A stretch of 63,913 bases of DNA, filler included, from Octopus bimaculoides (lineage: Eukaryota): NCBI RefSeq assembly GCF_001194135.2. It is 4 parts of 4 records of this genome, joined end to end, with 100 filler letters (N's around TTAATTAATTAA, not from the genome) between each part and the next. Parts side by side here need not be neighbours in the genome. Positions count along the whole stretch, not along the records: positions 1 to 16,377 come from NC_068985.1; positions 16,478 to 32,422 come from NC_068996.1; 2 more parts are not named here. One strand, given 5' to 3'. A model generated the notes under the pieces. It saw only the letters and a list, made by a program, of their open reading frames with translations. It was not told the DNA's origin and made no database searches. Positions 13,150 through 24,769 of this stretch are shown here, piece by piece (position 1 is the stretch's first letter; each line of letters starts with the position of its first letter). Both the position numbers and the translations under genes were made by a program.

Positions 13150-14420
13150 ATCCTCCTCCATCATCGTTGTCATCATTTAACATCCATTTCACGTTCTGGA
13201 AGGAACTGACAACCCAGAGAGTTGCACCAGGCTCAAATTTTTTTACATGGTTTATGCTGCTGGATGCTCTTCTTAACACCAAACACTTTACAGAGTGTAC
13301 TGGTTGCTTTTTATTTGACACCAGCAAGGAGGCTTTTTATGAGGGACCAATATGGATGCTTTTTTATGTGACCCCAATATGAGTGCTTTTTAGGTGGCAC
13401 CAGCACAGATGCTTTTTATGTGAAACCAACACCTGTGGGGTCACCAAGTAGCTTGCAAGACAAGGACATCTCAGCTGAGAGGGGGTGTGAAACCATCAGA
13501 AGTGGCCATGTGCCAGGCAAGAAGTTGGAATATGATAGAGAAAGAGGGATAGTTGTCTTACTACAGAGAAGATACTTGGCTACCCCATTAGGACAAGGAA
13601 GGAGAGGGAGGTGGGAGAGAGTTAGGTAGAAAGATAGAAAAAAATCAGAGTGAGAGAAAGAAGGCCTACCCACAGGGAATGGTGTTGAGGAATATAAGTA
13701 TTACCTAGGGAATAGAGGAAGATGTTCTATTGGAGTGTGAGGTGAGATATTTAGAGAGAACAAATGATGGCGAGAGTGGCTGGGAGGTATGTAAAGGCAA
13801 GGAGAGTGTGTGGATAGGCACATGAGGGAAAGTGGAGGGACCTACAGTAGGTGGGTTGTGGGGAGTTCTACTGAAAGACAGAATTATGTGTGAGGGGAAG
13901 GAGGTATGGCCATAAAGGACATGCCTGTGTGTATGGGTGGCCATGATTTTACTTAGTTTGACTTGTCTCCTCAAGCACTGTAAATCATCAGAAGTCTCAG
14001 TCCTTTGTCATCTCTTCTATGAGGGCTGAGTTTCAAAATCGGAAAATCATTTCTCACCACTTCATTCCACATCTTCCTGGGTGTACTCCTTCCACAGGTT
14101 CCCTCCACAATTAGAAATCAACACATCTTTATGCAGCTGTCCTCATTTGTGTACATTGCATGATCATACCAGCAGTCTTCTCTCTTGCACACCGCATCTG
14201 ATATCTCTTATACCCAGTTTTCCTCTTAAATCATTTACATTTTGTTATACATGCCCACTGACATTACCCATCCAGCAGAGTATGCTGACTTTTTAAAAAG
14301 TCTTTGCATGTCTTCTGTAGCCACAGCCCATGTTTCACTGCCATGTAGCAAAGCTGTTCACAGGCATGTATCATGCAATCTGCCTCTCACTTTGAGGGAG
14401 TGGCCTTGTGTTACCAACAG
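13150..14420 (-). mobile_element. 5'-truncated RTE LINE (end of ORF plus 3' UTR and GAT tail)
   Basis: Reverse complement matches the 9850-10100 RTE segment and the repeated 3' UTR ending in ...ttaaatgatgac. Confidence 0.75.
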
Positions 14421-14540
14421 ACCATTGTATAGTATAATTTGTAATGATATGAAATCTGTGATTATGTTGATGATGAATCGATGTATGTTGTCCACAAACA
14501 CTAAAGTTTACCTTAGCATGTTTATATTTGTTTCTTTTAG

Positions 14541-14657
14541 GAGGATGGTTTGATGATACATTGTGACATCTGTAAATATTGGCAACATGCAGTATGCTTC
14601 AAGATATTATCTGAAAATGAGATTCCTAAATTTCATGTCTGTGAATCTTGTGCAAAG
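14541..14657 (+). CDS. Internal exon encoding most of a PHD zinc finger; parent gene unidentified
   Basis: tttcttttag|GAG...GCA AAG|gtgtgt, 117 nt, phase 0/0. EDGLMIHCDICKYWQHAVCFKILSENEIPKFHVCESCAK has the C-x2-C, WQH-x2-C, C-x2-C PHD pattern; the first CxC pair must lie in an upstream exon that was not found. Confidence 0.85.
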
Positions 14658-14943
14658 GTGTGTAGAAATATCTGTTTTTGCAATCATTTCTGATATTTTG
14701 TGTATTTCATATTCTATTTAAGCATGAGATGGATAGGACTACAAAGCAAATCAATGCTACATTTGATTATTTCATCTCATATGTGAAGTCTGAAATCTGA
14801 CAACACCATACGTTCCTTTCTCTTTATAATCTTACCACACAAAATTTATCATCTAATTGTGTAATTGTGACACATATCCATACTAGCAATTGTTTCTTCT
14901 GCATTAGCAGATGTCTTTTATAATTAAACATTCTCTCAGCACA

Positions 14944-14991
<48 letters not shown>

Positions 14992-15077
14992 CACAGGCAT
15001 GGCTGTGTGGAGGTGCAGGCATGGCTGTGTGGAGTCGCAGGCATAGCTGTATGGAGGCACAGGTATGGCTGTGTGGC

Positions 15078-15470
15078 AGGTGCAGGCATAGTTCTATGAT
15101 AAGAAGCTTGCTTCCCAACCACATGGTTCCATGTTCAGTCCCACTTTGTGGCACTTTGGGCAAGTGTCTTCTACTATAGCCTCAAGCCAACCAAAGCCTT
15201 GTGAGTGGATTTGGTAGACAGATACTGAAAGAAGCCTGTCCTATATATATATATGTATATGTTTCTGTGTCTGTGTTTGTCCCCCTAACATCACTTGATA
15301 ACCGATGTTGGTGTGTTTACATCTTCGTAACTTAATTGTTCGGCATGAGAGACCGATAAAATAAGTACTAAGCTTAGAAAGAATAAGTCCTAAGGTCAAT
15401 TTGTTCTACCAAAGGCAGTGCTCCAGCATGGCCACAGTCAAATGACTGAAACAAATAAAAGAATAAAAAA
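15078..15470 (+). mobile_element. tRNA-derived SINE family A with internal microsatellite
   Basis: Head ...aagaagcttgcttcccaaccacatggttccatgttcagtcccactttgtggcactttgggcaagtgtcttc; 3' half ending gactgaaacaaataaaagaataaaa. Confidence 0.8.
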
Positions 15471-16377
15471 ATATATATATTGTTGTGTCTGGGGCGAGTA
15501 TGCCCTTATAAATGAAACTTCCCCAATACTAAATAGGAAATATACATAGTAGATATCATACCCTCATACCTACAGTTTACACAGGTAGAGTAGAATAGTT
15601 AGTGAGCTGTTATGTAGATAGATGTATGTATGTGTGGGTGTATGTATGTATGTGTATATACAAATGTATGTAAGCATATGGATATGAAAATAAACAGATC
15701 AACAAACAGACGGATAGGTACATAGGTTATATGAACAGACAAGCACACATACGCAAATGGAGACTGAAATACATGACCATATATACACACACACTTTACT
15801 TCACACAAGGACACATATGGAGATACGTGTCTACACATATGGAGATGCACATCCATACATACAAACACAGTACATAGTTGCAAAACACACACACATGCAC
15901 TCAGACATGCACACACAAGGAGACGGAGGTGCATACATATACAAACACATGCACACACACACATGTACATAAAAACACACACAAACACGGACACACAAGC
16001 ACATGAATATGCAGAATACATACATACAGATGCATACACATACGTACAAGTGCATACACACATATATACATACACACACACATGCATGGCATGCATCCAT
16101 ACATACATACATGCATGCGTGGAGGCATAGGCACACACATGCACACTGACCCACACACATGCGCACAAACGAAAAAGGGAACGCAGTGTATTTACAAGAC
16201 TATTGAAAAGGTTGCAAGATACAATGAAAATTTTAGGAAAATAGAAATAAGAAATAAGTGGAAATTTTACCAGTGAGTGTGTTAAATTATATGGCGCAAA
16301 AAGAAAATGCCTCTCCCCAGACACAACAGAATATGCTTCAACACACGAACTCACATAAAGAATCTTGCAAACCAAAT

Positions 16378-16477
16378 NNNNNNNNNNNNNNNNNNNNNNN
16401 NNNNNNNNNNNNNNNNNNNNNTTAATTAATTAANNNNNNNNNNNNNNNNNNNNNNNNNNNNNNNNNNNNNNNNNNNN
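16378..16477. other. Synthetic scaffold spacer (44 N + TTAATTAATTAA + 44 N)
   Basis: Identical 100-nt structure at 32423-32522 and 61898-61997; the 12-mer has stops in all six frames. Confidence 0.9.
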
Positions 16478-16530
<53 letters not shown>

Positions 16531-17173
16531 CTTAAGATGTATTAAATACATTATAATATAGGTGGTTCATTAGCAATTAAAAACCAATAAGGAATTAATA
16601 AATGAGGGTGCAAAATAACACCTGTGAATGCTAGAAACGAGAGTCAAAATTTAACGTGGAAAGCCACTAAAAACACTAACGTCATGGTATTTATAGGATT
16701 CATGCACAGCAAGCTAAATGATCTTTCCCTTGTGAGAACTCACAGAATGAAATAGTTGGACAAAACTTCATCAATTGATTTTGAAATTTGATCAGAATGA
16801 TCTTGTTTCTCATCAGAGGCCTCTACCACTACTCAGGGTTAAAGGGATAGCCTGCCTCAAAATAGTTCATGAGAAGGAAAAACAGTTGATAAGCTAGCGC
16901 TAAGATTCAAAACAGTTATACACACACACACACAGTAGTCATAGAAATGAAATACTAATCGATGTGGTTAGCTGTAACCTGGAACATAACTGAGAGCCAT
17001 CATGGTATCCACCCAGATAATATATCCTCCAAACTCACACACTATATATATATATACCTACATAATTATATATACATTCATTATACTTGTGTATATATAA
17101 TAATAAAGCTGGCTACACCCAATATAAAACCCTGAAAAGAAAATATTCAATGACTAATTATGACTGACAGTGC

Positions 17174-17212
<39 letters not shown>

Positions 17213-18189
17213 AGGCTGCCATGGGAAAAGCTAGTTAATGTATGTATTTGTGAGAGATAGAGAGGGGGGAGGGGGAGAGAGAGGGAGAGAAAAAGAGAAA
17301 GAGAAAGGAAGAGAGAGAAATATGTCACTGAATAAAGGTGACAGAAGTGAATGTCACTTTTTTTACAGGTATTTTGAATGAATACCTGTATTAAAGCTGA
17401 AGTAGGTCACAATATTGGGAGTTGAATTCGGTTTATCTATATTCATATAAATATTCACCACTGTAAAATCTAAGATATGGTAAATTTCTGGCTGATTTAA
17501 GAAATGGATTTTAAGCACACATTTGGAAAAGAATGGAAACGAATGCAAATGAAGAAGTTTCCGTCTTTGGACAGAAATATGTTGTATATCTGGTACACAC
17601 ACACATATAGCTGTATATACATACATATATATATGTGTGAGTATATATATATATATATATATNNNNNNNNNNNNNNNNNNNNNNNNNNNNNNNNNNNNNN
17701 NNNNNNNNNNNNNNNNNNNNNNNNNNNNNNNNNNNNNNNNNNNNNNNNNNNNNNNNNNNNNNNNNNNNNNNNNNNNNNNNNNNNNNNNNNNNNNNNNNNN
17801 NNNNNNNNNNNNNNNNNNNNNNNNNNNNNNNNNNNNNNNNNNNNNNNNNNNNNNNNNNNNNNNNNNNNNNNNNNNNNNNNNNNNNNNNNNNNNNNNNNNN
17901 NNNNNNNNNNNNNNNNNNNNNNNNNNNNNNNNNNNNNNNNNNNNNNNNNNNNNNNNNNNNNNNNNNNNNNNNNNNNNNNNNNNNNNNNNNNNNNNNNNNN
18001 NNNNNNNNNNNNNNNNNNNNNNNNNNNNNNNNNNNNNNNNNNNNNNNNNNNNNNNNNNNNNNNNNNNNNNNNNNNNNNNNNNNNNNNNNNNNNNNNNNNN
18101 NNNNNNNNNNNNNNNNNNNNNNNNNNNNNNNNNNNNNNNNNNNNNNNNNNNNNNNNNNNNNNNNNNNNNNNNNNNNNNNNNNNNCCCAC

Positions 18190-18590
18190 CCTCTTATTCT
18201 TTTACTTGTTTACTTGTTTCAGTCATGCTGGAGCACCAACATGCTGGAGCACCACCTTTTAATCAAAGTAATCAACTCCAGGACTTATTCTTTGTAAGCC
18301 TAGTACTTATTCTATCGATCTCTTTTGACAACCTGCTAAGTTACAGAGACATAAACACACCAGCATTGGTTGTCAAGCAATGGTGGGGGAGGGACAATCA
18401 CAGACACATTCACAAATATATACATATAAATGTACAACAGGCTTCTTTCAGTTTCCGTCTACCAAATCTATTCACAAGGCTTTGATCAGCCCAAGGGCAT
18501 AGCAGAAGAGTCTTGGCCAAGGTGTCACACAGTGGGATTAAACCCGGAACCATGTGGTTGGTAAGCAAGCTACTCACCGCACAGCCACGC
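18190..18590 (-). mobile_element. tRNA-derived SINE family A
   Basis: Colinear with the 22483-22876 and 30719-31113 copies. Confidence 0.8.
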
Positions 18591-18860
18591 ATGCGTATAT
18601 AAATGAATTAGTGAATACAAAAAAGAGAGTATCTCTCAATACATTTAGTTGGATACATTTAGAAGGATAAAAGTTCACAGTTCAACTTTCCGACGCTGTA
18701 GAAATAAGTGCATAAGTCCTTAGGTGCAATCCTGCGTAAATCCATGTAGATTTGATATTGTAAACATCCAGAAAAAGATGCGAACATATCAACGTTCCTT
18801 TGCTTCTGTCCTCCATGTCATCATTTCATTAATCTATACCCTTCTGATTTTCCCTATTTG

Positions 18861-18914
18861 TCTCTGATGACGGAATATCCCATACTTGGGGATATCCCAG
18901 AAACAGCTGTAAGA
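18861..18914 (+). ncRNA. Minimal type I hammerhead ribozyme motif (PLE type)
   Basis: TCT-CTGATGA-stem II (GGAATATCCC/GGGATATCC)-GAAA-CAGCTG-TA-AGA: intact core, palindromic stem III, 3-bp stem I. Confidence 0.7.
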
Positions 18915-18999
18915 GTTTAAATTTTTTCCAATAATAATAATAATGTATATGACTTGAGATGTTTGCCTTGCCTTAACATTTGTTATTCTCTTTAACAAT

Positions 19000-19035
<36 letters not shown>

Positions 19036-19569
19036 NNNNNNNNNNNNNNNNNNNNNNNNNNNNNNNNNNNNNNNNNNNNNNNNNNNNNNNNNNNNNNNNN
19101 NNNNNNNNNNNNNNNNNNNNNNNNNNNNNNNNNNNNNNNNNNNNNNNNNNNNNNNNNNNNNNNNNNNNNNNNNNNNNNNNNNNNNNNNNNNNNNNNNNNN
19201 NNNNNNNNNNNNNNNNNNNNNNNNNNNNNNNNNNNNNNNNNNNNNNNNNNNNNNNNNNNNNNNNNNNNNNNNNNNNNNNNNNNNNNNNNNNNNNNNNNNN
19301 NNNNNNNNNNNNNNNNNNNNNNNNNNNNNNNNNNNNNNNNNNNNNNNNNNNNNNNNNNNNNNNNNNNNNNNNNNNNNNNNNNNNNNNNNNNNNNNNNNNN
19401 NNNNNNNNNNNNNNNNNNNNNNNNNNNNNNNNNNNNNNNNNNNNNNNNNNNNNNNNNNNNNNNNNNNNNNNNNNNNTATGTGGTGTTCTCACTACATAAA
19501 TAAATGAAGTTTGTATGAAACGTACGTACTGCTATAACCTAATACATTTTTGTTGCTTTTCTTCAAATA

Positions 19570-19649
<80 letters not shown>

Positions 19650-20519
19650 AAGAGAGAGAGAGAGAGAGAGAGAGGCAGACATATAGACAGACAGAAACAG
19701 AGAGAGAGAGTGACCAGGTATTTGAGCCCTAACTGCTAGATATTTGGTTAGACATCATAAGTGAGCCATCAGAGATTTATATTATTGATCTCCAGATTGA
19801 CTAATTGGCTTGAGGCAGTGGCATAATATGGATTACTTGGATGTTCTAAAATTTAACCTCCTTTTACCTTATAAAACCTGTTTGGTATTGAACTTACCAC
19901 AATGTCCTTTGTAAATCCTCAAGTGTTAGCTTCAATGTCAGCCTCTTTTCTTTTCAGACAAAGCATCCTTTGCCGGAACAAAGTGTTTTGTGACACTAGT
20001 TTAACTTCATACAGATTGAGACAACTTTATTCTTTCATCTTATAAGTCTTGATTACTGGCTGAAGTATTTAATTAAACTGCAGAGTTTCATATATCAGCG
20101 ATGACCACTTCTGACTGATTATCAGGTAAAAATCATTGGTCTAGTTGCATGCTGTTTAATGATCTCATTAACCAGCTTTGACTGACTATTTTCTAATTGA
20201 CCTTATAGCAAATTTATTGGTTTATACCTAAGTAAAATATTTGTCTCTGGCTGACCAGTTTCAATTGATATATAATGAAAAATTTATTGGCTTACTTGAC
20301 TGGTAATTGATATGATCAACCAATCAGTTCTGGCTATTTAGTTCTTTCTAACTAATCACATTTAGCAAAACAGTCGTTGGCCTGTTCCAGAGAGTGGCCA
20401 ACTGATTTACATGCCTCACCTCTTGCTAGGCAGACAAACACTGGTATTTGAACAGACAGCCTTGATCTTTTGCACAGACAAATATCATGTCTGGCAATAA
20501 ATATTAAAGTTTTGCAAGT

Positions 20520-21155
20520 ACTTGGTGACCCTGTCAGTGCAGGTGCCACTCAAAAAAGCACCCAGTCCACACTGTAAAGTGATTGGCATTTAGAAAGGCA
20601 TCCAACTGTAAAAACCTTGCCAAAACTGACCTCACCTGTGATTGTGCCACATAAAAAGCACTCAGTCTAATCTGCTGGGTGGTTGGTGTTAGGAAGGGAA
20701 TCCAGCTGTAAAATCCTTGCCAAAACAGACACAGAAGTCTCTAACTGTGGAAAGAACTTGTGGAAGATGTAGGCCCAGGAAGATATGGCACAAGGTGGTA
20801 AAGTATGATCTTCAAACGTTGGACCTCATGGAGGTGATGACAAGCGACGGAGACTTTTGGCAATGTGCTGTGCTTGAGAAAACTCGTTAAACCAAGAGAA
20901 ATTGTAGCTGTGAACTGTGCTGGTGACACATAAAAGCACTTATGCTGGTGACACATAATAGGCATTCATTACACTGTTGGAGGAGTTGGTGTTAGGGAGG
21001 GCATCCAGCCATAGAAGCCAAGACAAAACCAGTCTAGAAGCTGGTATAAATCTCCAGCATATCTGTTCCAGTCAAACCGACTAGCCCATACTAGCATGGA
21101 AAGCAAACGCTTAATGATGATGATCATGAAGATGATGATGATGATGATGATGATA
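20520..21155 (+). mobile_element. RTE 3' end / 3'-UTR-derived repeat with (GAT)n tail
   Basis: Contains the repeated taaaaagcaccca...catgccagcatggaaa...ttaatgatgatgat motif set. Confidence 0.65.
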
Positions 21156-22482
21156 TATCTATTAATTCATGTTATGTGTAGAAGCTACACATAACAGAGT
21201 TTCCGATGAAGTCAAATAGAACAAACAACTGCAAATCCTTGTTATTGTATCCATGTGAATGGATTTAGGATTGGCTGGCATAGAGTTGTATGATGTATAA
21301 AAATAAGTCAGACCATTACTTGGTTTTATATATATATATATATANNNNNNNNNNNNNNNNNNNNNNNNNNNNNNNNNNNNNNNNNNNNNNNNNNNNNNNN
21401 NNNNNNNNNNNNNNNNNNNNNNNNNNNNNNNNNNNNNNNNNNNNNNNNNNNNNNNNNNNNNNNNNNNNNNNNNNNNNNNNNNNNNNNNNNNNNNNNNNNN
21501 NNNNNNNNNNNNNNNNNNNNNNNNNNNNNNNNNNNNNNNNNNNNNNNNNNNNNNNNNNNNNNNNNNNNNNNNNNNNTCAGAGAGTGTAGTGGGTGCTTTT
21601 ACGTGTCACCCACACGAAGGCCAGTCAGGCGGTACTGGCAACAGCCACGCTCGAAATGGTGTCTTTTATGTGCCACCCGCACAAGAGCCAGTCCAGGGGC
21701 ACTGGCAACGATGTCGCTCGAAAATCCTACAAGGCCAGTCAGCCAGTACTGGCAACGGCCACGCTCAAAATGGTGCATCTCAAGTGCCACCCGCACAAGA
21801 GCTAGTCCAGGACACTGGCAACGATCTTACTTGGCTTGCCGGGTCTTCTCACGCACAGCNNNNNNNNNNNNNNNNNNNNNNNNNNNNNNNNNNNNNNNNN
21901 NNNNNNNNNNNNNNNNNNNNNNNNNNNNNNNNNNNNNNNNNNNNNNNNNNNNNNNNNNNATTTTCAAGAGTGTTATATAATAGAAGTATTCAAGAATGTT
22001 CAGAAAGCCGAACCCAAAGCACATTGTTTTGTGTAGGGGAGGTAATCGCGGTTAACCTACGTATCTCGACTTTGACAAGAACATTAAGAATTTCTCTTTG
22101 GAGTTTTATATAATTTGTCAGCCAGGAAAGATCAATAAATAGTTTATAAACGCAATTTATAGTTTAGTAGATGTTAGTTATTCCGTTTATAAGTACAATT
22201 TATAGTTTCATAAGTGTTATATATTCGGTTCAAAGGATACTTTAACTATGCTCAAACGACAACAGCGAGAATAGCTAACATAACATGATCCACTAATTGT
22301 TCTGTCACTTCACGCTTCATAAACCTATTCAGGCTCACGTTGAACTGGCATTGCAGTCTGTTAATTTCTGTAAAGCCTGATTGAGCTCTCCATTTAGGCA
22401 AGGGAGCCAAAGTGAATGAATATCGCTTTTTGATTTGAATATTAACCCTTTAACATTTAAATTACTCTGTCAAATATAATAC

Positions 22483-22876
22483 TCTTTACTCTTTTACTTG
22501 TCATTTTACTGCAGCCATGCTGGAGTACTGCCTTTAGTCGAGCAAATCAATCCCAGGACTTATTCTTTGTAAGCCTAGTACTTACTCTATTGGAACCTTT
22601 TGCCGAACCGCATAGTTACGGGAACCTAAATACATCAGCATCGGTTGTCAAGCGATGTTGGGAGGACAAACACAGACACACACACACACACACACACATA
22701 TATAGACATATACATATATATATACGACGGGCTTCTTTCAGTTTCCGTCTACCAAATCCACTCACAAGGCTTTTGTCGGTCCGAGGCTATAGTAGAAGAC
22801 ACCCAAGGTGCCACGTAGTGGGACTGAAGCCGGAACCATGTGGTTGGTAAGCAAGCTACTTACCACACAGCCACGC
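22483..22876 (-). mobile_element. tRNA-derived SINE family A nested in the MITE
   Basis: Full head, internal CA/TA repeat and 3' half are present. Confidence 0.82.
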
Positions 22877-23202
22877 TTAATAAATATTCACATTTTTAAA
22901 TCGTGGATCATCTTGTAGCTTTGAGATTTCGATGATGTGAGTGTTTATGACTTCTTTTGTACCCCACCAAAAACACCCCCTTTTTTTATGTAATTATTTT
23001 TTCTACACAAAACCCCGTTTTCGGCTATGGAGAATGAAAATCTTCAAAAGAAAAAAAAAAAAATTGGCAGAAATCGGCATTTTGAAACTACCCCCACCTA
23101 ATTTCTTTATTTTTAACTTTTTTCAGAAGTTTTTTTTTCTCTCAAAATACGCGGAAAAATACGGAGATTATGATTCTGAAAAATATTTCCCAAAATTTTT
23201 CT

Positions 23203-23310
23203 AGTTAGGGTTAAGGTTTTAGGGTTAGGGGGTTAGAGTTAGGGATTTTGGGTTGGGGTTTTCGGGTTAGGATTGGGGTTAGGGGATTAGGGTTTTAGAG
23301 TTAGGGTTAC
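23203..23310 (+). repeat. Degenerate interstitial (TTAGGG)n array
   Basis: gttagggttaaggttttagggttaggggttagagttaggg...ttagagttagggttacgg. Confidence 0.8.
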
Positions 23311-24064
23311 GGAAAAAAGTGAAAAAAAAAAAAAAAATGAAGAAATTGGGGGCGGGGAAGGGGGCCAGAATTTTCAAAATTCTGATTTTTGGCAATTTTC
23401 TGGATCTCCGTATCCGAAAACGTGGGTCTTTTGGCAAAAAACAAAAAACAAAAAAAAAAACTCAATAATTTGCAAGAAAATGGGGGCGGGGAAGGGAGGA
23501 AGTCTTTCTATGTTTAGTTTTAGAATGACATTGTAGGTTAGGTGTGAGTGGCCGAATCTGGTCAGTTTGAACATAAAACAGGTAGAATATTTGGATCAGA
23601 TATAACCTGCTTAAGCACTAAAGGATTAAAAAATTACCAAGGATAACCGATTTGCAAAAATGTTATCTGGCATACAGGCTCCAGTGTTAGTTTTGTTCCT
23701 CCTGATGTGATAGGGTATCTATAGAGCTATTTTGCAGCTAAAGGTGAAAATAATTTTTTTCTTTGCATGGCTGACTCATTTGAATTTAATCACATCCCAT
23801 GCTTACACTTCTTATAATAATTACTGAAGTCTGTTTCAAAATTGATGATCAAGATGTCCCTGCCACTATTAAACTACTAGGTTAATTTTGGCTTCCTCAC
23901 CTTTTTATTAATGAGAAGGTAACATGGAGTTTGTTTCCAAATAATTTTATTTCTTTACCATGTGTTAGACAAATGTTAAAAGTATATCATCTCAATCTTT
24001 TTAAAACTTTTCAATATTCATAGGTCTATTCATTAGGGGGGCTGCTCTTCTTATGAAAGATATG

Positions 24065-24398
24065 CAATAGTAGGACCTCCTTCAGTTATGAATGACCATG
24101 GGATTGCACCTAGAAAGTTCCCCTCCAGGCAAATTTGTTTGTGGAAGACTAGTTGTCACCCATGCACACGAGCCTCTCTTCTCCATGCTACTGGTGTTGT
24201 CCAAGAGAAAGGTAAAGGCTGATACAGCTTGGCACCAGTGACGTCACAACTCATTTCTATGGCTGAGTGAACTGGAGCAACATGGAAATAAAGTGTCTTG
24301 CTCAAGAACACAGCACACAGCCTGGTCTAGGAATCGAACTCACTACCTCATGATTGTGAGCTTGACACTCTAACCCACTGAGCCACGTGCCTTCACAT
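24065..24398 (-). mobile_element. tRNA-derived SINE with CORE-like central region (family C)
   Basis: Reverse complement: ggcacgtggctcagtgggttagag (A box), gagttcgattcc (B box), gtgttcttgagcaagacacttta (CORE-like). Degenerate relatives at about 31129-31280 (+) and 57235-57361 (-). Confidence 0.75.
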
Positions 24399-24769
24399 GC
24401 ATTAGTACATTGCAGATTTTTTATCTTACTATCTCTCAGGTGGTTATACAATTTGTCCTTGAGACTGGAAAAAGCTCATTTGACAATATTGACCCACTTA
24501 CACAAAAATGCTGATGCAGTCTCTAAAACGCCAACACAGAAACATCGTTATACCTTTAGAACAAAATAGTAATTTAATGTGAATTTGTGAACTAAAAGAT
24601 ACATTTTCCTGATAGATGCATATTTACAGATTCTTATGGATGTGCAATTGGGTCTTGTTCCTGACTGAAAAGGTACTCTTCCACTTTGTTAGTTTCTTAT
24701 AATAATTCCATTCATATCCAGGATACATTATGACAGTTTATCATAGGAGTGGTGGTGTCGTTATGATGT

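Larger units (their letters stand above)
22446..23625 (+). mobile_element. piggyBac-like MITE interrupted by a SINE and a TTAGGG-bearing insertion
   Basis: TTAA|CCCTTTAAC...CTAAAGGA|TTAA; the outer pieces match intact ~220-bp copies at 27378 and 31452. Confidence 0.75.

Noticed and set aside
15599-16375. Long ORFs of 85-258 aa rich in C, V, Y, M, H and T
   Set aside because: Translations of CA/TG/TA microsatellite-derived sequence; the same applies to the ORFs at 32475-32976 and 62420-62904.
20420-20490. 71-nt minus-strand exon-like segment (ttgccag...AGAG|gtgagg)
   Set aside because: The peptide is unrecognisable and such splice pairs are expected by chance.
21589-21860. Regularly repeated GC-rich units that superficially resemble a CRISPR array
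   Set aside because: Eukaryotic context, no unique spacers and no cas genes; these are internal tandem units of the RTE 3' UTR repeat.
22367-22410. CTGATTGA-GCTCTCC...GGGAGC-CAAA hairpin
   Set aside because: Insertion in the core and CAAA instead of GAAA; no stem I or III.
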